Part shown: one piece after another, positions 38,953 through 47,114 of the stretch
Layout of the letters: each line of letters starts with the position of its first letter
Position numbering within the stretch: the first letter of the stretch is position 1
Assembly (NCBI GenBank): GCA_027858965.1
Contig: JAQIBS010000146.1
Span: forward strand, 3,234-67,233
DNA length: 64,000 nt
Direction: 5' to 3'
From: Kiritimatiellia bacterium
Lineage (GTDB): Bacteria > Verrucomicrobiota > Kiritimatiellia > RFP12 > UBA1067
Notes under the pieces: generated by a model
Told to the model about the DNA's origin: nothing
Databases searched by the model: none
The model's input: only the letters and a program-made list of their open reading frames with translations
Made by a program: the position numbers and the translations under genes

Positions 38953-41900
38953 TCATTCAGCCTCATTCAGCAGAACTCGCAACCGATAAAACTGCTTCGA
39001 ATCACTGGCTGGGCCTGAATTGGAATCGTGCAGCAAAATCCATTCACCGTCCCATAGATCTAAAGAATCGACTGCGGAGTCAAAGAGCGAACGAGGCCAA
39101 TTCGTCAGGGAAGATGAAGCCTGTAGCTGACAGGTGATATCGATTTTGCCCGGATCAAAACGAAAACCATACAGAGGCACACCATCTTCTAAGACAAAGA
39201 AGGGCTTTTTATCCAGTGAGGTTTCATATGGGGCCATATCAAATGCATAGCGCATCAAATTGGAAGTATTATCCCCTGCCGGAGATGCCATTGGACCGGA
39301 AACATCAGGATTCGCCAGATCCGCAGGAGAGGGAAATGAAAGTTGCCTCCACTCATTGTAGCTGACCGCCGACCCATCTACACGTAGCTCAAGCACCTGC
39401 CCTGAGCGAGGGCCATCACCAAAATCGGCGGTTTCCGGCATAACCGTGGCTGTCAGCGGCAACGTCCCGGTGTAAATTGAATATGTTCTGCCTGCAAAGC
39501 TCTGAAGGCCATTGGCATCAGGTAGATAAAAACGAAGTGTGGCTTGGCTCAGAAAATCGGCTAGTCCTGATTGGCCTTCAACAAAGATACCTCCGCGCAA
39601 ACGGTCGCCACTGGTAAACGAGGGACAATCCAGATAGACATTGATACAAGAAGATGTCGAACCCGGATAAATGGAAAGCAGACGCAGCAAAGAGTTACTG
39701 CTGGCAGCGGCATTAAGGTAATCAGGCGAACCAACCTGCTTAAAGGAGAGCTCATAATCAAGCCCTTCGGCAGAGGATGATTGCAGGATAACTCCATCCA
39801 GCGCCACAACTCCTGTCCCCTGAAGCGAGCCAACCTGACCACAACCGGAGATCAAGCCCTCCTCAGCAACTGTCACTGATGAGTAGAGTCCGCCGTTAAC
39901 CTCCAGCACTCCATTACTGACAATAACCGGCGCAAAATAAGAAGCGTTATCCGCAGCCATAATCAGGGTTCCGCCACCACTCTTAATAAAGCTGGAGGAG
40001 CCATAGATAGGGCCGGTGAGGGTAAGCGTATTGCCAGAGCCCTCTACATGCAAAGCCGAAGGACCAGAGAAGGTGATTTTATTTGTCATTACGGCATAAC
40101 TGTCCGAGGCATCCGGCTGATAGCGCAAACCGCCCTTAGTTCCAAGGCCGGATATATCAGGCAGAGTGCCCCCGCGTCCGAAACTGCCAAGATAAAGACA
40201 TCCGCCAAAGGGGTAAACACGAGGGTCGGCAGCTGTTCCCGCTGTAGAGAGACGCAACTGACCACCAGAATTAACAGTAAAGGAGGGGCTTTGGAGAGGA
40301 AACCCAGGTTCTGCGACCTGCAACACCCCCTGATTAACAACGGTTGTTCCTGTATAACTTTTGGTCCCTCGCGTCATTGACATAACTCCGGGGCCCTCTT
40401 TGGTAATAGAACCGGGGCCAGACCAATCTTCGCGCAAGCGCAATGCACCATAATCAGAGTCCCCCAAGGGATTGTTAACCGTGATAATCAGATTGGTTGC
40501 CAGAACTGTTCCGGCCTCAATCTCAAATTCAGCAAAGCCTGTTCCACTGCCATTAACCGTGAGCCGGGCAGATCCGCTGGAGGCAGCAAATGTCAGGTTA
40601 TTAATCTCATCACTATCACGAACCCTGTTACGGAAGATACAGTCATCCATACTGAAGGTCAAATTATTAACCGTTACCGGGGCACGCAGTGTGACCTCCC
40701 GCTTAGCCGTAGGCGGTCCATAAATAAGGGCACGAGCATCAATACCACTAGGGTAGGGAGAGGGGGCGCTGTTCCAATTTGCATCGGCAGTCCAGTCTGC
40801 ATTTCCATCAGGAAGGAACTCAGGGGTCACAACCGGCACCTGAAAGAAAGCCTCCTGAAGCGGGCTCCATACTCCAGAGCCATTAAGCACTCGCGCTTTC
40901 AAAATTGTAGAGGCATTAATTGCAACCGGTGTCACGTAAGCAGTACCGGCAACCGCCCCGCCACTCGCACGTGGATCAACCCCGTTTATCGCATAATAGA
41001 TTGTTCCGTCGGCATTTGAATTAGAGATACTAATCGGTGTGCCCGCTGCAATCAGCCCACCATGCAGAGAGAATTCAGGAGCAATGACATCCACCCAAAG
41101 ACCATAGGAGCTAAGTTGTGGAAAGTATGCATTCCGACGGGTGTCGTCTGCAGCCCAGTTATTATAAAAACTCTCATTGACTGTCTGACCAATCGTTGCC
41201 TGCATCACAGGGTTAATAGCATCACGCAATTCCAGATATTGAGTTTCCATATTACTTTTAGTTAAGGCTCCCTCATGGAAAAAATGCTTCTGTGCACGGT
41301 CAGCAAAACGCAGGCGAAACTCCGGTGAGGCCTTGAGTAAAGTATAGATTGCCGGAATCATTTTATAACCGGTTGTCAATGCCTCAGAACCGATATCAAG
41401 ATCGCTGCTGAAGCTGTCATATAACAAGGGCTCACGGCTGCTACTGAACCCCCCTTCCGCATCCCACATAAAGAAACGCCAGCGGCCTTCGTCGCTGCGC
41501 TCCCGCGAAGCAACCCAGTTATTATTAGGCCAGTCCCACATTCCGGCAAAGGAATTAACCAGCAGGTAATCGATAAAATTGTCTACATCCAGATAATCGT
41601 GCACCTCTTCATATACCGCAGCATCAGACAGATCGCTGGCCCGCAGGAAGGTCATCATGCTGTTCCAATGGATGGCATCCCCATTGGCAAACTCCCAGAC
41701 CTGACGCACATCCCAATCCGCATCACTATTGAAATGCTCCTGCATAAAAGATTCGCGCAAATGCTCACACAGGTTAAAATATCCTTTATAAACACCATTA
41801 ATATACAATGTATTAAAGACACCAAGGCTCCCTACCTGTCCCGTACCGATATACAACCTACGGAAAAACTCATCTTTAATAAATGGGTTCCTGATATCAT

Positions 41901-44364
41901 TTTTACCGGCACGTAAACGAACGTCTTCAAACTTGGTAACCGTGTTACCGGGAAAGAAAGGATAATCCTGAGGTGAATCTCCCAACTCATTTCTGAAAAA
42001 CAGATTAAATGAGGGTTTCTGCGTAGCTCTATCCGCCATACGTGATGTCGGGGCAGTTGTCAGCAGGTAGCGAGGACGCGAATAGCCACTGCCTGCAATC
42101 CTTAAACCGAAGTCGGTCCGAAGCGGTACACCACTGAGTGGGTAGAATTCAAGCGAGGAGGGCTTCTCATAAGCGCGTCCATGCTGCAATGGAACATTAT
42201 AAGCAGAGGTATCGCCATCACTCTGCCATATATTATCCACATAGATGCCACCTTTAATGGCCATAACACCTTCACCGTCAGCGGGTCCATTGATCGTATT
42301 CGGACCATAAAGAGAAAGAGTGGGATCTGAGTTGATACAAATAGCTGCCACCGACTGCAGCCCTGATGGCTGACCTATCAGGTATGTATGTGTGCGTATC
42401 AAAGACGGCACATAGTCAGAAGCAAAGACACGTGCTCGCACCACAGTGCTGGAGCTTATCGCGAGGCGAGTACTATATCGAAGGCCATTGACCAAAGATG
42501 GTTCACTACCATCCAGAGTATAACGAACCTGTCCTCCTCTAACAGGCAGGGTAAGATGCAGAGAGATAGTAGACTCATGAAATCCACCTTCAACACTAAA
42601 GGCCGTGGGAGGGGCAATTGCCGAGTAAGTCAATCCTGTATTAATCATACCCGGTGTGGCGGTATCGCAATACCGATAAATACCATCCGTATCGCGCACA
42701 TAGCTGTAAAGGGGTAGCTGAACAGGATACTCCGGTCCAATTTCACTTACGACAGCACCGGTATTATCGACTAACCCCAGATACTCCCCTTCTGAATCCA
42801 GCTTAAACTCGGCATGCAGGTAAGTGGCTCCGGAATCAGTCCCAATCTCAAGGCCAGTTGCCATGACAACCAGATACCCTTCTGCTTGAATCGTAGAACC
42901 CAGGGGGAAATACCACTTGCGAGGAGAGTCCACATTATCCGTCAACGACCATCCAACTAAATCTACCGACTCGGATCCTGAATTATAGAGTTCAATCCAA
43001 TCACTCTCGGAATCAAGATCATCAATTTCCAGATCATTATCATCCTCGACAACAGCTGTCGGTTCATTGATGCCAACAAAAAAACGACAGGCATCTTCGG
43101 GCGCGGCCAGAGTATGTGCCGATCCACCCGTAGTATTCAGAGTGGCACGTCCGATCATATCAGAGCTGGTCAGACCGCTGTTATGCAACTGAATGGAAAG
43201 CACATTGTCCCCTGTAACGAGCAATGTATTGGCAGCACCCAACGCAATCGTTTCATCCAGAACTGTTACAGAGTTGTTATCACCACTCGCATTATGGTTG
43301 CCAGTCGCAAAAGAGCTGTAAGGAGTGATGGTATTTGCTTCGCCCACATTGCGACGGACAATTTCACGTCCATTCAGATAAACAATCATACCATCATCAT
43401 AATCAACTATGAGTTCCAGGGGCAAGGTGCTTAAAGCATCCGCCTCGCTCACAACAAAATGAGTACGGGCATAGACCGAGGCTGTTATCCCATACATTTC
43501 AGAATAAAGGTTTGTTCCGAGGACATAGTCATCACCGCGGTCATACCCGACGGGACCTGCACTTTCAATCCATGCAGAGTCGTTAAACCCAACAAGCCCC
43601 CAGGGAACAGTGGCAACATCCTCCTCCAGAAGCCCATAATCAACAAGACCTCCAGAGGGTTCCATGATCCCGACAAAATATTTCCAGATCTCGTTATTCG
43701 CTACAAGCACTAACGCTGAAGGCGAGGTCGCAATCGTCATATCCGCCATAACCAGAAAGCTGGAGGCATAACCTCCTGTGAGCGCCTTATTATGTCCCTG
43801 GATACAAAGAACATTGGTTCCTTCCACAAGTAAATCAGAGCATGTTCCAATATCAATTATCTCTGTTAAATCTACCGTATCGGCATTGAATGCAAGCTGG
43901 TCATTATACGCAAACATATCCGCATGACCCATATTACGCCGGGCAACCTCAACACCGTTAAGAAATGCGATGAATCCATCATTGTAACGAATGCTCAGTT
44001 GTAACTGGACTGCCATGATTGACTGCGCTGCAGAGACCTCGAACTCTTTACGAAGATAAAGAGTGGGCACCTGTCCCTGCATGTCAGCCGAGGTGTTCAC
44101 CCCCAGCGTAACCCCGCTGAATGTACCGAAGCCAAAAGGGCCCGCTCCGGATTCCCAACGCAGATCATCATACTCCGGCATCATCCAAGGCGTGGTAATT
44201 CCAAGTTCAGGATAACCGCCTGCATCGCGTTGCAGTAACCGGTCAGATCCCGCAGCCACGAACTCATTAATCACGACCCCGCCAACAACAGCCACAGTTG
44301 TCTGCGCCATAACTGACAGAGCTAAGATGGACAACATTGCTATAAGAATTTGTTTTGTTCTCAT
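38953..44364 (-). CDS. Giant secreted CotH-kinase-fold protein with jelly-roll modules, a lamin-tail domain, CHB_HEX_C-like domains and PATR repeats
   Basis: 1803 aa with a signal peptide. The LTD is 'DWIELYNSGSESVDLVGWSLTDN'. 'VRYTLDGSEP' and 'GTIYYAINGVDPR' are also present. The CotH-like block is 'KPSFNLFFRNELG...FIKDEFFRRLY...LYINGVYKGYFNLCEH'. The PATR block is 'GSITKEGPGVMSMT...TTVVNQGVLQV'. Confidence 0.75.
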   Translation of the reverse strand: MRTKQILIAMLSILALSVMAQTTVAVVGGVVINEFVAAGSDRLLQRDAGGYPELGITTPWMMPEYDDLRWESGAGPFGFGTFSGVTLGVNTSADMQGQVPTLYLRKEFEVSAAQSIMAVQLQLSIRYNDGFIAFLNGVEVARRNMGHADMFAYNDQLAFNADTVDLTEIIDIGTCSDLLVEGTNVLCIQGHNKALTGGYASSFLVMADMTIATSPSALVLVANNEIWKYFVGIMEPSGGLVDYGLLEEDVATVPWGLVGFNDSAWIESAGPVGYDRGDDYVLGTNLYSEMYGITASVYARTHFVVSEADALSTLPLELIVDYDDGMIVYLNGREIVRRNVGEANTITPYSSFATGNHNASGDNNSVTVLDETIALGAANTLLVTGDNVLSIQLHNSGLTSSDMIGRATLNTTGGSAHTLAAPEDACRFFVGINEPTAVVEDDNDLEIDDLDSESDWIELYNSGSESVDLVGWSLTDNVDSPRKWYFPLGSTIQAEGYLVVMATGLEIGTDSGATYLHAEFKLDSEGEYLGLVDNTGAVVSEIGPEYPVQLPLYSYVRDTDGIYRYCDTATPGMINTGLTYSAIAPPTAFSVEGGFHESTISLHLTLPVRGGQVRYTLDGSEPSLVNGLRYSTRLAISSSTVVRARVFASDYVPSLIRTHTYLIGQPSGLQSVAAICINSDPTLSLYGPNTINGPADGEGVMAIKGGIYVDNIWQSDGDTSAYNVPLQHGRAYEKPSSLEFYPLSGVPLRTDFGLRIAGSGYSRPRYLLTTAPTSRMADRATQKPSFNLFFRNELGDSPQDYPFFPGNTVTKFEDVRLRAGKNDIRNPFIKDEFFRRLYIGTGQVGSLGVFNTLYINGVYKGYFNLCEHLRESFMQEHFNSDADWDVRQVWEFANGDAIHWNSMMTFLRASDLSDAAVYEEVHDYLDVDNFIDYLLVNSFAGMWDWPNNNWVASRERSDEGRWRFFMWDAEGGFSSSREPLLYDSFSSDLDIGSEALTTGYKMIPAIYTLLKASPEFRLRFADRAQKHFFHEGALTKSNMETQYLELRDAINPVMQATIGQTVNESFYNNWAADDTRRNAYFPQLSSYGLWVDVIAPEFSLHGGLIAAGTPISISNSNADGTIYYAINGVDPRASGGAVAGTAYVTPVAINASTILKARVLNGSGVWSPLQEAFFQVPVVTPEFLPDGNADWTADANWNSAPSPYPSGIDARALIYGPPTAKREVTLRAPVTVNNLTFSMDDCIFRNRVRDSDEINNLTFAASSGSARLTVNGSGTGFAEFEIEAGTVLATNLIITVNNPLGDSDYGALRLREDWSGPGSITKEGPGVMSMTRGTKSYTGTTVVNQGVLQVAEPGFPLQSPSFTVNSGGQLRLSTAGTAADPRVYPFGGCLYLGSFGRGGTLPDISGLGTKGGLRYQPDASDSYAVMTNKITFSGPSALHVEGSGNTLTLTGPIYGSSSFIKSGGGTLIMAADNASYFAPVIVSNGVLEVNGGLYSSVTVAEEGLISGCGQVGSLQGTGVVALDGVILQSSSAEGLDYELSFKQVGSPDYLNAAASSNSLLRLLSIYPGSTSSCINVYLDCPSFTSGDRLRGGIFVEGQSGLADFLSQATLRFYLPDANGLQSFAGRTYSIYTGTLPLTATVMPETADFGDGPRSGQVLELRVDGSAVSYNEWRQLSFPSPADLANPDVSGPMASPAGDNTSNLMRYAFDMAPYETSLDKKPFFVLEDGVPLYGFRFDPGKIDITCQLQASSSLTNWPRSLFDSAVDSLDLWDGEWILLHDSNSGPASDSKQFYRLRVLLNEAE

Positions 44365-44594
44365 ACTAAATTTCTTTATCTATTTATCCCGATTAAAAAG
44401 CAAATACTGTTAATTTCAAAATCAACAAATCTGACACACACCTCAAAAGATTTTTAAATTATGATCTCATTATAATAAGGAATACCATCTGAGACAAGGC
44501 GACAATCCCCAAACACTCAAATAAATATAGATAAAATAACAAATTCTAGTCAAATAGGGTCGATTGAACTCATAAAATTCAGTAATATAAAAAG

Positions 44595-45371
44595 ATGTTT
44601 AAAAGGACTGCATATTTAATCACCACACTGAGTTTACTAATTCTGACCGGATGTCAAAGTACTCCTCGCAATACCGCACACCAGCACTCCACCATCGATG
44701 CTTTGCTGGCAGGGGTTTATGATGGTAGCCTGACACTAGAAGAACTTACCAGACATGGTAACTTCGGCATCGGCACCTTTGACAAACTGGATGGCGAAAT
44801 GATGATGGTTGACAACCGGATATACCAGATCAAATCTGACGGAAAAGTCTATACCCCGGCTCTCTCTATGACCACCCCCTTCGCAACGGTTTGCGAATTC
44901 AAGCCAGAACAAAGTTTCTCAATCAAGCCGCATTCCGACTTCAACAATCTAAAAACAAAAATATCAGCTGTTACAGGCAATCCCAACCTCTTCTATGCTA
45001 TCAGGCTAGAGGGGCATTTTAAAACTATGCATACCCGCAGTGTTCCGGCACAGTCAAAGCCCTACCCCACTCTGAAAACCGTTGCTGATAACCAGCCAGA
45101 GTTTTATATGAAAGATATCGAGGGAACTATCGTCGGATTCAGGTGTCCGCAGTATGTAGCGGGCATCAATATTCCAGGGTACCACCTGCACTTCCTCAGC
45201 AGTGATAAAACCAAAGGTGGACACATTCTCGATTTTGAAGTGATCAGCGCAAGCTGTAAGATTGATATGCTTGACCGCTACACCCTGACCTTGCCATCCA
45301 AAGCCAAAGGTTTTGCCGGAACCGATCTCTCGATTGACCGAAGCAAAGAACTGAAAGCGGTAGAGAAATAA
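44595..45371 (+). CDS. alsD: Alpha-acetolactate decarboxylase with a lipoprotein signal
   Basis: 'STIDALLAGVYDGSLTLEELTRHGNFGIGTFDKLDGEMMMVDNRIYQI' is typical of AlsD/BudA. The N-terminal 'LLILTGCQS' is a lipobox. Confidence 0.85.
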   Translation: MFKRTAYLITTLSLLILTGCQSTPRNTAHQHSTIDALLAGVYDGSLTLEELTRHGNFGIGTFDKLDGEMMMVDNRIYQIKSDGKVYTPALSMTTPFATVCEFKPEQSFSIKPHSDFNNLKTKISAVTGNPNLFYAIRLEGHFKTMHTRSVPAQSKPYPTLKTVADNQPEFYMKDIEGTIVGFRCPQYVAGINIPGYHLHFLSSDKTKGGHILDFEVISASCKIDMLDRYTLTLPSKAKGFAGTDLSIDRSKELKAVEK

Positions 45372-45675
45372 CAGTGCGCAAGTGCGGAAGTGCACGAGTG
45401 GTTGCTGCGTTATTGGCTCAGAGAGCCAACTCTACATTGCTCCGCATTAACGCCGAAGACTGTAGGATTGCTTCTCAGAAGCAAAGGAAGAGTGCTGGGA
45501 TGGGAACAATAGGAGATGGGAATGATAGGAATAATGAGAAATATGATTTTTCTGTCACTCTGATCTGAATTATGCTTCGCCGGCTACTGGTTTCCCCGCT
45601 TACCAGCCCCTGACGACTGACGACTGACGACTGCTTGCCACGGCGTAGTTCCGCTTGCGGAACGAAGACGGGACG

Positions 45676-45724
45676 ACTGTAAACTGTAAACTGAAGACTG
45701 AAGACTGAAGACTGAAGACTGTAA
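45676..45724. repeat. Seven tandem heptamers (ACTGTAA x2, ACTGAAG x4, ACTGTAA) ending 2 nt before the transporter start codon
   Basis: Read directly from the sequence. TGACGAC x3 at 45611-45631 and the GTTCCGCTTGCGGAAC hairpin at 45648-45663 lie just upstream. Confidence 0.9.
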
Positions 45725-45726
45725 TA

Positions 45727-47076
45727 ATGATAGATATACTCGGAAAAATATCCTCCTTCGTATGGGGCTGGCCCCTGATGATTCTCCTGATCGGCACAGG
45801 GCTCTGGCTGACAATCTCCACGCGAGGTTTTCAATTCCGCATACTGCCGCACGCCCTGAAGCTGATCTTCACAGCGCACAACGAAAAGAGTGGAGATGGC
45901 GAGATCTCCAACTTTCAGGCGCTGATGACAGCCCTGGCTGCCACAGTTGGAACCGGCAATATTGTCGGAGTAGCCACAGCTATTGCCATTGGCGGTCCCG
46001 GTGCGGTCTTTTGGATCTGGGTAACTGGTCTGGTGGGAATGATTACCAAATATGCGGAAGCGCTTCTGGCAGTGGAATACCGCATTCAAAGGCCTGACGG
46101 CTCATTTGCCGGTGGCCCGATGTACTATATCGAGAAAGGGCTGAAATGTAAGCCGTTGGCCATTGCCTTCGCCATCTTCACTGTATTTGCAAGTTTTGGA
46201 ATCGGCAACATGACACAGAGTAATGTGGTAGCTGAGAGCATGAAATCAACATGTGAACTTAACCCAATGGTCACTGCCATTATCGTTATCGTTCTTTCCG
46301 CGCCCGCTCTGCTCTTCGGGATCAAGGGAATTGCTCGCATCACCTCGGTTATTGTACCCTTTATGATCATCAGCTATATATTACTGGCACTCGGCATTCT
46401 CTGGGTTAATGCAGCAGCCCTGCCCGGGACAATTGCCCTTATCTTCAAAGGTGCATTCAACCCAACTGCCGCTGCAGGAGGATTCACCGGCGCAATTCTC
46501 ATACAGACAATACGTGCCGGTCTGTCGCGTGGACTTTTTTCAAATGAATCCGGTCTCGGCTCTGCCCCGATCGTAGCCGCTGCGGCACGCACAACGTGTC
46601 CGGTAACTCAGGCAATGATCTCAATGACGCAGACTTTTATCGATACACTGGTGATCTGCACACTGACAGCATTGCTGATTATCTCCAGCGGATCATGGAT
46701 GGAAACCGGTGCCGACGGAAATTCCCTGACAGGACTTGCCCTGACCACCGCCGCATTCAACCAGTGCTACGGCGCATGGGGAAAACACCTTGTCTCCATT
46801 GCCACAATTTTCTTTGCATGGTCCACCCTGATTGGCTGGAGCTACTACGGAGAGAAGGCGCTCGAATATCTAAGTAACGGCAGAGGCATTATGGCATACC
46901 GGCTGATCTACCTCTCGGTAATCTGGCTGGGCTGCACCATGAAATTGAATACTGTCTGGACAATCTCCGACATTTTCAACGGTCTGATGGCCTTCCCAAA
47001 TCTGATTGCACTTGTCCTGCTATCTCCATTCGTCATCAAAAAGACGCGCGACTTCAGCAAAAACAGGAAACAATAG
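45727..47076 (+). CDS. Alanine/glycine:cation symporter (AGCS family)
   Basis: 449 aa and polytopic. 'FQALMTALAATVGTGNIVGVATAIAIGGPGAVFWIW' is the AGCS signature region. Confidence 0.9.
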   Translation: MIDILGKISSFVWGWPLMILLIGTGLWLTISTRGFQFRILPHALKLIFTAHNEKSGDGEISNFQALMTALAATVGTGNIVGVATAIAIGGPGAVFWIWVTGLVGMITKYAEALLAVEYRIQRPDGSFAGGPMYYIEKGLKCKPLAIAFAIFTVFASFGIGNMTQSNVVAESMKSTCELNPMVTAIIVIVLSAPALLFGIKGIARITSVIVPFMIISYILLALGILWVNAAALPGTIALIFKGAFNPTAAAGGFTGAILIQTIRAGLSRGLFSNESGLGSAPIVAAAARTTCPVTQAMISMTQTFIDTLVICTLTALLIISSGSWMETGADGNSLTGLALTTAAFNQCYGAWGKHLVSIATIFFAWSTLIGWSYYGEKALEYLSNGRGIMAYRLIYLSVIWLGCTMKLNTVWTISDIFNGLMAFPNLIALVLLSPFVIKKTRDFSKNRKQ

Positions 47077-47114
47077 GATAGCTAATGCGGGCTTCGCCCG
47101 CAACTAAACCGAGA

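Noticed and set aside
45372-45726. A glycine riboswitch, often found upstream of AGCS transporter genes.
   Set aside because: None of the conserved glycine-riboswitch core sequences (GGAGAG...CACCG...ACCGAAGGGGCAA-type) are present. The leader is instead made of short tandem repeats.
45475-46089. A 204-aa minus-strand ORF overlapping the symporter gene start and its leader.
   Set aside because: Its translation is dominated by repeat-derived low complexity ('SLQSSVFSLQFTVYS'). It is antisense to a clearly recognisable AGCS transporter N-terminus.
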